Assembly (NCBI GenBank): GCA_051362555.1
Contig: CM120641.1
Coordinates: forward strand, 40,182,401 to 40,246,400
Source of the DNA: Lingula anatina
Taxonomy: Eukaryota; Animalia; Brachiopoda
Length of the DNA stretch: 64,000 bases
Direction: 5' to 3'
The notes beneath the pieces are model-generated. The model saw only the letters and a list, made by a program, of their open reading frames with translations. It ran no database searches and had not been told where the DNA came from. The translations under genes were made by a program, and so were the position numbers. Shown one piece after another: positions 1-14,098 of this stretch (position 1 is its first letter; every line of letters starts with the position of its first letter).

Positions 1-695
1 TGTTATGAAATAATTGACTAGATTAAACAAAATCATCCAAATCATCAAAAATCCTCAAGGTCATATTATATAACCAGATAAAAGAGTAGTTAAATGGCAT
101 GCAAATATTTAAAAAAAAAACCTTAAGTACTAGTAATAATAATTGGCAACTGACATTTAAGACACGATATGAAAGGCCCCAATTCAGAACAAACCATAGA
201 ATATGATTAAAATATGGAACCGCATTGACTCTTGGATACTTTAAAAAAATCCAAAGTAAAGTTTCATATAATGAAATGTTATGTAAAGTTATGTGGGTTT
301 TAGATTTTTTACTAAAATATTGCCTTTTTTGCTTTATTCTCATACCTATTATTACTTTTATTTGATTCAATTTTACGTCTTTATTGTCATAATTTCACTG
401 ATAAATTTATTCCTCTTTTTTTCATTAACACAATATTTTATTCTAACCCCTCAGAGAGGTATGTGAAAGAAGTGTATACACTATCCTCTTTAAAGTTAAT
501 ATTATTTACTATATAAGACAAGGTGTCTCCTAGTGAGAAGAAATGGACAATTAATTTCCAGACACAAACAGCAACTAAGTTATAACTACATGTAGATGGA
601 AAAGATGTGCCTTTAATAATCGAAGTAAATCTAATCGACAGTTCAATTTGACAAGGTAAAATATATAGTAAAATGAGATGAGTTATAGGGTGATG

Positions 696-765
696 TCAAA
701 TAGCTATGACACAGGTAGGGACAGTGATCGATATATATGAGTCGGTTGGTATACCAAAACACCAG
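696..765 (-). pseudogene. Candidate second PHD exon, apparently degenerate
   Basis: The acceptor tattatttgttgtAG at 766-767 is in the right phase and gives H-(S)WCFGIPTDSYISITVPTCVIAI*. This completes H-x2-C but lacks a full final C-x2-C and stops early. Confidence 0.35.
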
Positions 766-1144
766 CTACAACAAATAATAATGAAATCCCCTACATGTAG
801 CACATCACTTCATACCAATAACAAATCAAAAGCAGTCCAATGTGAAAAATTTTTTTAAAAATTATTCTGTGATCTGAGACAGCATTAAAACCTAATCCAT
901 TCTAAGCTAGTTAATCCAATTTACCTATTCAGGGATGAGACTACCATTTTGTAATAAAAAAAGTATAAGATTAAAGTTTTTATTGCAGATCTGCATCAGC
1001 TGCAAAAGTAATATTTTTGGTTCCCAAATATTCCAAAAGCTACCTGATTATGATCGTAACAATTATAACAAGCAAATAAGTAGACAAATTTTGTCTTCCA
1101 ACCCTGTAAGTATGTTTTCTTACTATCTTATCAATTCAGCTTAC

Positions 1145-1242
1145 CTGTGAGTCCATTGATTGCAAGAGGAACACTCAATAACATCGTATGTGCAAGCAGT
1201 TGAGCAGACACTGCATGGGTATCGAGGCTTCTTAGACTTCAT
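1145..1242 (-). CDS. First coding exon of a PHD-finger protein (probably transposon-borne)
   Basis: The minus strand reads MKSKKPRYPCSVCSTACTYDVIECSSCNQWTH, i.e. C-x2-C...C-x2-C-x4-H, the first part of a C4HC3 PHD finger. It ends at a strong donor CAG|GTAAG (1144) and has an in-frame TAG upstream of the ATG. A good acceptor (tattttcatttacAG) lies at 1422, so the exon is 1145-1421. Confidence 0.7.
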
Positions 1243-2263
1243 ATTAATACTTGGTTGTATCTTAGAACTCTATACGCAAGGGTTCATAAAGAAACTGAAC
1301 TAATGCCTTCTCTGCAGCTGGGTTTTAAATACTTTCTGAGAGTCAGGCACACTTTGATTGGTCATGGTAAATTGAGGGGGAATAGTTCTTTGTATAAGAT
1401 TCATATTTCACAATAAATACACTGTAAATGAAAATATAATAAATTCTTTTTAAATGGCAAAAGGATCGTTATGATAATTAGCTTGAAATCTGTGCTTGCC
1501 ATCAGACCACATGACCTCCTCATTGATGGCTCTGTTATTAATGATAATCTGTTTAGAAATTGTTACAAAAAAAAAAAAAAACCTTTGATGTTGAGATGGA
1601 TTCATTAACTATTGGTGAGAATGTAAATTTTTTTTTTTCTTTTTTTCCAAAATGAACACTTGATAGAATGGATCTGTTCAATGAAAAAAGGTGGTTAAGA
1701 TACAAATATTTTATCATAGGACCTGATCTGATAGTGGTGATTAATTAATGAGGTGTTAACTCCACAAGCTCACAGAAGCCAAAAGGAATAGTAGCCAAAT
1801 CAATTTGCACTTAATTAAATAAAGAATGTAAGTCTGGCTTACCTGTCAGTGACATAACTACTCACTTGTCACATTTTTATCATTATCTCTACCAGCTAGC
1901 AGAGATCGTTAACTGGTTATTAATAACTGTAATGGTTCACTGGCAATCTGAAGTCCTGGTCTCAGCGTTAAAGAAACATCACTTTTCTTACCTGAAATTT
2001 TTTTCACTCTTCACCCATTTCACAACACTAACAGAAAAATACAGAAAACTTACAGATATGGCAATGGACATGCCCTATGCTATAGAGATCAACAGTTTCA
2101 AACTGGTTTATAATAAAATACACTGCAAGTTCCACATCCTTTAACTCTTTCGGTTAAGGATATATAAGGATATATATTTATTCCTAATTATAATCCAGAA
2201 ATTTCATTATTTAACTTAGACTATTAGTCCCCTCCCTGCTGACAATTCGCAAAAAAAAAAGAA

Positions 2264-2300
<37 letters not shown>

Positions 2301-2598
2301 ATATATATTATCATGTTGCACACATTATTGTAGCTTTCTTTGGTTCTGGTTACTTAAGTCAAAGGTTTGCAGTTTAAATTATCTAATTGGACTTTTAAAC
2401 ACGTGCATGATACAAGCAACTGTGTTTTAAAATAGAGCCTCGTTGTGGAATCCACCTTGAAAATGGCGACCTTGACCCGATTACTACCTCGAAGGGTGTA
2501 TCACCAGAAAATTCAATAAAACTTCTTTCTGGTATAAAAGTAAGTTTATTTTTACTATGCAAAACCCAAGTGCGATCTCATAGAGGTTTGCCATGCGT

Positions 2599-2673
2599 CC
2601 ATTTCGGTCCATTTCGGCCCATTTCAGTCCATTTCTATCCATTTCTATCCATTTCTATGTTTTAAAGGACCCG
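2599..2673 (-). mobile_element. Terminus of a foldback/Mutator-like DNA transposon (subterminal 10-bp tandem repeats)
   Basis: Six tandem copies of CCATTTC(G/A/T)NN (2599-2658) are followed by GTTTTAAAGGACCCG. The architecture matches the arms of the 52360-54236 element. The other end is not in the window. Confidence 0.5.
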
Positions 2674-2875
2674 TTCAGCACCTGCCTTGCATGAAAAATC
2701 TTAAACAATTTAGAAAGAATTTTAACAATGAAGAGGAGAAAACTGTTCTGGTGTCTGGGTCTTTTTCTCTCCATTCTTTCTTTCTTTGTACACATGAAAA
2801 TTGTTGTTTTAGTCTCTATTTAATTTGTCTTGGAAGCCACTTTGTCCATTAATTTACTTGAGTGATTTGTTTCAG

Positions 2876-4029
2876 CTAAATCCTCTTGACTGTGCCAAAG
2901 TAAACCTCGTGGCCGCATATGCAGTGAACTCTTTATTTTGGAGTAAGTGCAAAATATTTTTTTTAAATCAAAATTTTAGAAAGTAAATGAAAAGGCTAGA
3001 TATTGAGACTCTGAATTTTTTTCTATCTTTTAACTCTGATTATGACTCTTGGACTCTTTGATGAGCAAAAATAATTAAATATGAAGTAAATGTAATGATT
3101 AAGTTTTTCTGTCTTTCCAGCATATTTAAATGTCCGAGGGGAAAATCCAAAAGAGCACCCAGTGAAGCAGGAATTGGTCAGTAAGGGTGCATATAAATAA
3201 AAGTCACATTATCATGTGTTATCATAGGGACTAAGCAGTCTGTATATTAACCAGTGGTCCCATGCTAAGTACCAGGAAATTGAGCCAGTATATTTCTATT
3301 AATTTTTTTCAGGCACTGGGTACTTTTACTACTTTGGATATCAGTGAATTTTCAGTCCTTGGTGGCCTTGGTACGCTAAATGTGTTTGAAACAGACTGCT
3401 GATGAATTTTAATCATTTTTGTATTTTAAATGCTGAAATATAAACTCAAATGGAAAAAAATATAAATAGAGATGTTACAGAATTTCTTATGTTTAGGATC
3501 GTATAAGGGGATACATGAACAGAGTCAAAGAAATCCAGGAAAAGGAGAAAGCACCAAAGCTTGATAAGCCAGCCTCTAAAAGATTTGTGAAGAGTGCTCT
3601 GTGGCAAGCAGCACATGCAAAAGCAAGTGCCCAGAAAGATGATGGTAAGTAAATGATAGCAGTAGTTGAAACATGAGTAATAAAATGCATTAGAAGAATT
3701 ACAGATTTCCTTGTTGTCATGTAGAGTTATGACCAGTGCTATGACATTTTATTTTCAGATTGATGTAATTTGTTAGAAATAATAGGGCATTTATGCGTGA
3801 CTTTGTTGGGCATACATTTTGTTATTAATACTGGGTTATCACAATGGCAGCGACTCCAATAAATGATAATAATTAATATATATTTATTTCTAAATTCCCA
3901 GGTGCCTCAACAAGCCAAGCGGATACATCAAGATTGCAGCCACAACCAAAAAGACAAAGGCTGAATGAACAAAATGAAAGTTCAAAATCAGAAAGAGGAA
4001 AGAAAAGAAAAAAGAACAGCAAAATGTAA
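2876..4029 (+). CDS. C1D: Nuclear nucleic acid-binding protein C1D (Rrp47/Sas10-Utp3-C1D family), 5'-partial
   Basis: GT-AG exons 2876-2942, 3121-3176, 3497-3644 and 3902-4029 splice in frame to [77 protein letters not shown]...KKRKKNSKM*. This matches the C1D motifs [11 protein letters not shown] and YMNRVKEI. The start exon was not found in the window. Confidence 0.93.
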
Positions 4030-4237
4030 TACTGGACAAAAAAATTTAAAGATTGAAGGAACTAATTGAAAGTTTTAGATTTTTATTTCCTATCAAATTA
4101 AAATTTCCAGAAGACAGGCAATGCTATATGACATTGTTTTTTTTTTCTTTTTTAAATTTTAAAAACTTTATTGCTTCTCCATGTCAATTCAGAATTGATG
4201 TTGAAAACAATGAAAATAATTTTAAATATATTTTTGC

Positions 4238-4243
4238 AATAAA
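4238..4243 (+). terminator. Probable polyadenylation signal of C1D
   Basis: AATAAA about 210 bp after the stop codon, followed by T/GT-rich sequence. Confidence 0.5.
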
Positions 4244-5865
4244 AACTATTTGTTTATTGATGAACTTTTGACGTGGAATGGGGGTATGGTCAATGGACAG
4301 TTCTAAAAAGTTCCAAAAAACTTAAAATACTTAGATCTAATAGTTTGAACATAATGAAAGATTTATAATTTTTTCTTTGTTTTTTCATGATCATTCTGGA
4401 AATGTGCAATGATTAAGCTTCATTTTTTTTATTGTTTGGCTTTTTTGGGGGGAGGGGGGTAACATTTATTATTCTAAAAGTTCAGTTTGTTAATCGATAC
4501 TTTCATTAAGGAAGCAAATGGTACTTTCTATCAAGGGTCTTCTTGCTGTTACAAAATCCTACATAAGATCTCTGTGGGACTTCAAATGATCAAGCTATTT
4601 TTATGTAACTACTTTGCTCCTAAAACTGACAAAGCAGCAGACGGGGTTGGGTTAGGTACCTGAAATAAGTCCTAGTTATTGCTTGTCCTGTACCTCATGT
4701 ATGGCAAGAAATGTCTGCTGCCTATTCCTCTCAATGTGAAGGAGGTTTTTAACATAATTTACTAACAGCTAGTAGACCTCCGGTAGAAAGTTCTTTCAGC
4801 TCAACTAGTTGAAGAAATGAAAACGGCATACAATATTATTCAAATACCTTTTATTTCTTCCAAACTAAATAGACTAGGAATTATCATTCCATTAGATTTT
4901 AAACCACTTGAAATATTCTAAAATTAGTATTCTTACTATTTTAATGATTGTGATTAAACTACTTAAGATATGTCCTGCAATGCTTGAAGAAGATATATGA
5001 AATGCTGTTGTTGGCTACCAAGCATTTGGTATTTATCCTGTACATGAACTTACAGAAAATATACACAACTTTGAAAAAGTAAATACATATTCTGTTCACA
5101 AATTGCACAATATCTTCATTACATTTAAATTTATAATTTAAATAGATATAGATTTGCACTATTATGTACCAGAAATAACTGCTCAAAAAGGAATTCTTAA
5201 AATTACCTTTAAGCATGGGAGAAAAGATTGATTGCTTAAAGGCATAAATCTAAGGCATAATTATAATAGGATACACAAGTTGCCAATTGTGGAGATTTGA
5301 AAACATTGAATACATGTTCATCTTGTATGAAAGTTTGCAACTTCTATAGCACCCTCAATTGAACCTGTGACCGATCCATTATTATATTTCACATCTCTCA
5401 ATTATGAGCTCATCTCCTGGATAAAATTTGTCACAATAAGCCCACATTGCCTTTTGTGATTATTCTAAGAACAAACACAATGCTGCACCTGTTGACCGAA
5501 TTTAGCTGAGCTTTTACAACAACCGGACTCTTGTGAAATCGGAGCTGTCATGTTGTCAAATATATGAATTTCTTTTGATTCTATTACTGGACTTACAAAG
5601 TTCAAACTAAGATGACCAAGAGCTTCAACTAGTCACTGGTGTAACATGCAAAAAATTACAGAATGCTGTTGCAACTTGGTCTCGTCATAACCCAGTCAGT
5701 CCAGTTTTAGAATAAACAAATTATATAATATATTCAACTGTCTCACAACATTCTGAAACTCATCAATGAGAAAACAACAACACATTTTCACCCTGTTGAA
5801 AATGTGTAACCTGCATGGCACTCTCAACATAAATTGTGACTGTCAGTCACATTGGCAGACTTCAA

Positions 5866-8800
5866 TCAACAACTCCCATTTTCACTCAGCATGGATGAGA
5901 TACTAGTCCTTGAACTTTTATGCACCCCCAAACCTCTGACCCTTTCTATGTCTGCCTCATAACTGGTGGAAGTCTGCACATCCTTGTCCATAAATACCAC
6001 GTCCACCTTACACTTATCACATATGTACATTTTCCGGGGCTTTCTCTGAGGATCTGGCTGTGTCAGCACCTTGGCTATTAAAGTCATGGGGACAGATTCC
6101 TGTCTATTTTCCTGATTGGCCTTCTCTACATCATCTGTTGGTTTGTTCACTGAATACACCATGGCAGTAGGTGGGAAGGTGGGCATTGGAACGCGTATCA
6201 CCTTGGTCTCTACCTGACCAACAGGGGGGTCCTCCATGTTGATTATCTGTTCCCTCGTCAACTGAGATTTCACTCTCTCTTGTAGGTCAATAGGAAGCTA
6301 TAAAGAAAATTTTGTGAATTGTGAAAATTCTCTAAATCAGATTTCAGTGTCGATTTCATTGTGAAAATCAATACATATTACAACACATTCCATGCCAAGA
6401 AATTGTCACGCTATTTATGATAATGTTCAACCAAGCCTTAGCTTTGATTCTGATCATACATTTATTCAACACAACACCTTGGCAGAGTCCAGAACAAAAC
6501 ATTGACATCTGTTTTGTTCTGGACTGTACCACTGAACTTACTGCGTTCAGCCTGTGGGCAACAAAATTGGATGGTTTGCACTGGAGTAGCTGCACAGCAG
6601 TATTACAGTCAGATCTGTATCTTTCCTACAATGGAAAAAGATAAAATAATGCCTAAACACCACAGGATTCTTCATTTGTCAAAAAACAACTAACAGGTAC
6701 TTTAAATCTATATAAAATTACAGCTGCATGATTATCTTTAATTAGCCTTTCAATTTAGCTGTTTTTTTTTTGTTTTTTTTTTTTTTTTATGTAATCATTT
6801 CCTCTACTTACACATTCCTCTTCAAGGTCAGTTATCGTGATCCTTGCATCTACTAATTTCGTAGTCATGGTAGCAACGTCTTTTTGTAATGCTGTTTTAT
6901 CCACTTCAAATCGATTTACCTAATGAAGATTGACAACTAGATGATATTCCTTTTCAATTGATCTAGAATATTTATTTGACATTTGAACCTATTTAAAATT
7001 TTAGTAATTATATGGAAAAAATTTTGCATTAATAAACATCTTAATCAAAGTACAAAATCAGATTCAGAGATAAAGCAAATAAGAATACATACTAATTTTA
7101 GCAATTTATCCTCCAATCCTTGATTTACTTTTTGCATTTTCTTGTGACCTTCAAGCAACCTAAAACAATAAGAGAGAAATGGTGCATATTTTCTTCAAAG
7201 TCTGTAATTAACAATCCTGTGAAAACAATCCTGTGAAAAACTATCCTATATATAAGCATACATATTAAATTTGGTTGACATTCATATAATATGAAGTTGA
7301 ATATTTTGGATATTTTTTATCTTTGACAAAAACTTGTATTTGAACTTAAAAAACAGTAGACTCTATCCTTGGGTGCTGTCATTTATAATTCACAAAGTAA
7401 AATATGAGAGATGAATATTAAAAAAAAGGATATTGCTGACAAAAATATCCGCATTCTTTAAATGAGCAATCAATCACCAAGTGAAAGACTGAGAGATCAG
7501 ATTTTAAAATGATTCATCAGAAAACCAATAACAACTCTCTAACCTGTCGTATCTTTCTCTCAGTTTCATCAGCTCATCTTGCAGCCTGCAAACCTCCATC
7601 TCACCCAGGCGCTTGGATTCTTCATGGTCTACATTCATCTGGGTTATTTTACCATTACTCTGCAGTAGTTTGCTCTTCAGTTCTTCTATCTCATGGTGCA
7701 GGTCAAGACTGCAATGATAGAAATATTAATGTAATTCCATAAAACCCTTGCCTATTACCTATGCCAAACATTATTGCAACCCAAAGACATAAATGCCTTC
7801 AGTAAATCATGTCAGGATAGAGAAATTACGTAAACAGATGCTGGATAAGAGAATGAATATAACAGGAAAATCTGTACAGATCACAAACATCCAACACAGC
7901 TGTGTACCACAGTGACCACTGACCATCACAGCGTCTGAATGACCACAGACGCATCAAATATGACCAAGATGTTTGCATCAGAGGGCTTTATAGACTTATA
8001 AGATAAATATTTGCATACAAACCTGATGTAATATGCAATATACATGTAGCCCTGGTAAAAAATGTCTAATACTGTCTATTTATTCTGTTATACTTTATCT
8101 TCAAATATCATGCATGATTCATAGCAGATTCATATATGGTTTATGAATACTGGTATCAGGCATATTCTGTGCACTATATAGAACTGTGCTTTAGGAGAAC
8201 TAAATTAAAACAATTTAAGTAGTACTTATCATACATATTGATTTGGCCAAAAATCTAAGTGCCTCTCATACAAAAAGCATCAAAGAGCAAAATTACACAT
8301 TAATTGTATATCCCTGTCATCAACACTGCTTAAAAATTGGGCATGATTTATGGCCAAACACAACAATACCTGCTGAAATGCCTCCAGCTATTGCCACATA
8401 CATAACCTCAAACAAAAGGTATGAATACACATTTATAAAGAATAGGATTCCATATACATATATTGATAATAAGTGAGACCAACAGGCACTTAGAAAGATG
8501 AAAAAGCTGATAGGGCGAAAAAAAGATACATGTTCATTATAGCACATATGAGAGAGAGAGAGAGAGAGAGATGGATTTCTGATTTATAATTCCATTATCC
8601 AACTCTCTCCTAAAATATTAATTTGTGTTTTTCCGTCACCCACGTATTTCCTAATCTAAATCCCTGTATAACTGTTACTGACCAGCAATACTTTCCACAA
8701 ACATGGTCCTACGAGCTGAACTGACTCCAAATTCTTCAACCATCTCAATAAATTATCAAATATAACATAAAAAAATACTGGATAAATAAAGTAGACTGAT

Positions 8801-10684
8801 AATTATACTCATGTACAAAATTAAGTATAGTTTCCAGCATTACAGTGGAACACTAACATGTTAACAAACATGGATGTTTCATCTACACACTTGAAAGAAT
8901 ACACCTAAAGCCAAATTTCCACTACTGCAATGCAAGCCTTTCTCACCAAGTCTTAATTACCATCTCACCTAGCACCTTCTTCCATTTGTTTTGCTCCAGT
9001 ACAGCCTTTCCAAGCATGAACAGGCACTGGCATTGCTTTTAATGTACCATCATGTCAGCATGTCATACAGGAAGTGCCACGATTTCTCCCTTTATATATT
9101 CATGACAGTAGCCATAGCAACAGTTAGTCTAAGTAACTGCGGGCTATATGGATTGAGTGATAACCTTGTGATCTTCTTTTTTTTTTTTTTTTTTTTTTTT
9201 GCAGTATTGAAAAATGAAGAGGAGAAAAAGCCTTCCTCTTGTCTGCACTGGGTGGTACACTATCCAATACTTATTGTGCCAAAAATGGATTTGTAGCTAT
9301 CAAGTTGGACACAAGATCGCATGCTTGCATGAGAGAAAATATGACTTGAGGAATATATATGCGAAAATGTGAAGCAAGAACAAAAATGAGAGAACAAAAT
9401 GAGACACCTGATAACCATTTGCTATATTTCTTCATAGGTTAAGGATTGTACCTGCACCGTAAAGAACTTATATAAATGAATTACATTATGTAATCTCCAG
9501 ACTTTATATCCAAACCAATCAATTCCAGATAATCTTCAGTAACAATCTGCAATCAAGAATATTCCTAAAGAATGGCCTAAAGAATTTTTAGAATTTTTTT
9601 TTTTTTCAGTCTTGTCTAGATTAATGATTTTATCTTCTAACTAGTTTCACTTGTAGCATACATTGATAGAGATTCACTTGTAGCATACATTGATTTATTA
9701 CAAATTGATAGAGATTCATAGAGATTTATAACTCTCTTTCTTAAATAAAAAAGTCAATACACATTTATAAGTTAATTAGTTTTCCATTAATTCTCATTAT
9801 ATACCCAAATAAATGAAGCAACAAAAATAAAAAATAAATGCCAAATTTTACTGATGCAAGCCAAAAGACCAACTGAAAGTACGTAATACTAAATGGCAAA
9901 CGTTGAGTAAGAATTGAATATATTAACCATATATTGTGAATAGGATAAACAATATTTTCATTACTAACCCAACCCAAAAAATAATCTTATACATCATTAA
10001 TAAAACTGCAGCAGACCAATTGCTGAAACAGCTGTCTCGTGGGCAGTAGTACATTGAAACAACTGTGTCTTTATAAACAACTGACAGGACATTGAGGTGT
10101 GTGTATGTGTGTGCGTGTGCGTATGAGAGAGAGAGAGAGAGAGAGAGAGGTCAGCAAGCAGTAGACCTACCTGTTAATGTTAGAACAGCTGGCACAGTTG
10201 CACCCACATTCCTGCACAAATGGAAATATAATATGTCTATATATTTAAGAGATGTATAGCAGCTTAATTAAAGCTGTGGGTGTATTTTGAATTATTAAAA
10301 CAGCTTGACTAAACAGCTTGGAAAACATTTGCTCATAAAATGCTTTCAGTGCACCTTATGTAATGATTTTCGTGTTCAAATTGTACCTGGAAACTTCAGT
10401 TTATTAGCTTAGGTCTGTTTATGGATGTGTCACTCTGAAACTGAAAAACACCTTCACATTTCACACACGCACGCACGCACGCACACAGTTTGACACAGAA
10501 AAAGTTCTAAATAAAGTTTTGAAAAAGGAAGAGGTAAAGGTGACATTGGGTACAAAAAATAATATATGAAAAACATGACCGAAATCCATTTAAATGAAAT
10601 ATTCTGCAACACTTAATTGCTTGATATAACAATATTTTAAAAGATGTTGGTCCTCCTTACCCTGCAGACCACCATTTTGGGCAT
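5866..10684 (-). CDS. TJAP1: TJAP1 (Pilt)/BEGAIN-family coiled-coil protein, ~306 aa
   Basis: Exons 10684-10661, 10211-10171, 7708-7544, 7159-7093, 6919-6812, 6625-6542 and 6297-5866 are all GT-AG and phase-compatible (921 nt). Translation: MPKMVVCRECGCNCASCSNINSLDLHHEIEELK...KMQKVNQGLEDKLLKL...ERYRSDCNTAVQLLQCKPSNFVAHRLNALPIDLQERV...PTFPPTAMVYS. The stretch YRxDCNxAxQLLQC...LPxDxQERV is the TJAP1/BEGAIN signature. Confidence 0.85.
8969..9033 (-). CDS. Candidate alternative first coding exon of the TJAP1-like gene
   Basis: ATG at 9033 with an upstream in-frame stop encodes MPVPVHAWKGCTGAKQMEEGA. It ends in AG|GTGAG, phase 2, compatible with exon 7708-7544. Confidence 0.45.
9646..9725. repeat. 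27-bp tandem duplication
   Basis: TTCACTTGTAGCATACATTGAT(AGAGA) occurs twice, plus partial ATTGATAGAGATTCA copies. Confidence 0.7.
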
Positions 10685-13600
10685 GACAAGGACGGCTCTT
10701 CTCATAATTCGTATTGCACAAAATAGTCAAAGGGTCTTGAATGATGATGACCTGAAATACAGACAAAGTATGATATGCATAGTCTCAGGAAGAACAAAAT
10801 GGGGTTCTAGTAATCAATTAGAAAATATCTGACAAGAATTTAATTTGGTGACAATAAATAATTGCAATTTTGTTAATATGGATTATCTGATGTGGATTAA
10901 ATCAAAATACATTTCTTCCAAACAATCATAGTTAACAAAACTTAGCAAAATTTAATATTTTACTACACCACTGTTAAATGGATATGCATGTAAAGGAGCA
11001 ACTAATACATGTAAAAATAACATTTCATCAATGCAAATTAAAATAACTTTAAAGTATTGACTACTATGTACCGTTCAATACCACATCTTAGACTAACAAT
11101 GTTCACTCGCAATTTACACAGCTTTTTTAGTAGATACTTGATTTCTATGCTACAAATACACCGAGCCACATTGGCACAAACTTGTGCAAATTATGATGAT
11201 CAAGGCATTGTATTCATTATGTCACAAGTTCACAACACATTCATATGTGGGTACATGTAGTTTCCATTGCATGTGACAGGACCATTCATTTAGACATTTA
11301 CATTGAAGCATCTGATGTGACCCCATCTGTTTATTGGCCTGTATCAAGAGGCCTACACCAATATGTAGTTCAGTTGCATTGAATAATCATACTATACTGT
11401 GCGCAAAAGGAAAAATATGATGCACAACAGATGGTGTTGTTACTATAAGTAGTTTAATAACAGATGAATATTGTTATTATATTTAAGATAATACCACTGG
11501 CTTTCATAACATATAAACACCTTTTATGCAATCTCCATAATAAACATGTAATGTGACAATTGCAACATAAATTACTGGGCCAAAAAATTACTAACAAAGT
11601 CAACAAATTATGCAAGTACCATATCAAAAATACCAACTGTCACCATTTAAATCAATAATTTATCTTTAAGAAATTATGATAACTAGCTGTTTATTAGATC
11701 CACTGCCAAATCTAGAGTTACTATCTTCATCTCTATTAGATGTGGTTACAATAAAAATAAAACAGACCAAGAAGTGTAAAAGTCACTGCTTTGATTTAAA
11801 GGCAAAAATGCTGAATAACATTTACTGGAACAAATTCCTCAGTCACAGAATCAGTTTGATCATACTTTTTATACATGTATCAGCTTCAGATTTTCTCCAA
11901 GAAATAATGAAAAAATGGAGGATTTTTTGCTCTGTTTTATGGTTAATTGGATTTTTGGCACTTTGGAGTTGCTTCCTATCATAGATATAAATTCAGTCTT
12001 TTATCCAACTTGATATTGCACTGCATACGTAGGCACATTTTATTTTGAATTAAAGACTCGAGCATTTGAATTACACAATCATTTTTCAAGATTAATGTTT
12101 GTCCTCTATTTTGTAAACCTGGCACTCTAATAATAAACCATAAAAGGTTGAGGGCTTTTAATGATTTTTACCCCAAGTCCAATGTCAACCTTACCTTGTT
12201 CATTCGTCAATAATCTTGTATATCTTCTTAGTTAATGCCAAATGTAACGGTTCCATCATCCATTGCCATTATAAACTGCGTGTAAGCTTTCAAATTCTGA
12301 TGTTTTTGTCACAACAACTGGAGTTTGCATCATTTATTCATATCTAAGTCATATAGTGGCAATCAATGACAAGACTAACCTTATTTTGAAACAAGTAATT
12401 AACCCCTATGCCATTAAATATATCTAGAATCATTATTTCCAATGGTGAATGAATTCAATTTTGCAATCAAGCACAAAAGGTTTGTAGAAATATGACCAAT
12501 ACAAGGTGCTTGACTTAAAAAACCAACCACATATCTCAGTAACAATTTTTACTTAGAAGACAGAATCAATGACAATGAAGTTAATAATCCCAGGGGCCTT
12601 ATTTTTGCCAAACACAATAGCCGTCTAGTTAATATTATTTATTGATTTTCCCTCCTTAAGAATCAATGTAGACCTGATCAAGGAGATATTTACAGCTACA
12701 CACATGCTACTGTACAGAAGAAAATGAGTTTCCCACATTTTCAAAAAATAATTCAACTTTGTTCTTTCAATGAATAAAATGTCTCTAAATGGCACTGGTC
12801 TTTCTTCTCCAACAATATACTAGTATTTCAAAGGAACATACCTTTAAAGGATGAAGGATTTTAAACTTCAAAATGTAAGAATGAACACTTCCACATTCCT
12901 TGCATACCTTGTGAAAAAAACATGTATAAACATAAATTTGAAAAGAGATCCATTTTAAAAGCTGTGTTATTCATTATTCTAATGCTTTTAGCACTTTGCC
13001 TCCATTTCTTTTGAATAAACATTGTTTTAAAAAAAATTCATGCTAATCTAACCTACACAAGCATATTCCACACCATGTACATTGGCATGAACCAGTATAC
13101 ATTACCATGCACTGAATATATATGTCACATTCATGACAAGGAAGTGCTACATGTAATAGAACAGACCTGGACAAGGAAATATTTAACAAGCTTTACCTTA
13201 TAAAAATAAACATCAAGTATTTGGGAAATTTTTAAACGACAAACATTATAGTCCATAAGATTCCTAAGAGAAACGATGGCCAAGGATCTACAGCTCCCAC
13301 TATTCTTTATCTTCTGTTCAATCTGAATATTGTCTTACTCTTTAAACAGATATTCAGTCTAGCAAAACAAAATACATGTATATCATAACACATACCAAGC
13401 ATTCAGATTGTTTAATTTAGCATCTTTTTTTTCTAATCTTTTTGACAATCATGAAATTATTTTGCTTTGGAACTTACTGTGTATCATAAAATTTTGAAGT
13501 CAAGCTACTATGATATACGTACTAAAACGAAGTTTTATACACTAACATAAGTGATGTTGCACTTCAAATCTTTAAAAATCTGCCATCCATGCAGTACTGG

Positions 13601-14098
13601 GTCAGTACCTGGCACCTATACTCGCTCTACCATGAGTTGTTTACACCAAATTTCTGAAAGTTTTGTGACAATTCAAAACATTGTCAAATCAAAATTATGG
13701 CTTGATGAACATTTTTTAATTCAAAAATGACCTTTATTTAGTGAGTGTAATATCCATAATAATGTTCAGCATTTTGTGAAAAATGTAAATTATTACACGA
13801 TAGCTGGAACTTAAAGTATATTAAGATGTGATATTATAACTCCACTTTCCTTTATCTAGATATGTATACAAAAAAAGTTACAGCACTACATGAACATATG
13901 TATATGTTCATTGTCATGCCTGAGTAGAGACTAAAACGGTTATGTAAGCATAATAATATCTCTGCCTTATCCTTAATTATGTAACTAATATTCCCCTATA
14001 CATGTTGCATGCAGGTGAATATTGTATATGCCCCTAACTGAGGTACTCAGTATTAAGAAAACCTGTCCACTCATCTGACTGAACACTACTACATGAAC

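Noticed and set aside
2463-2760. Candidate C1D start exons (ATG 2463, ATG 2691)
   Set aside because: The first stops after 18 codons, and the second has no C1D-like sequence or good in-phase donor. The real start exon is probably upstream of the window.
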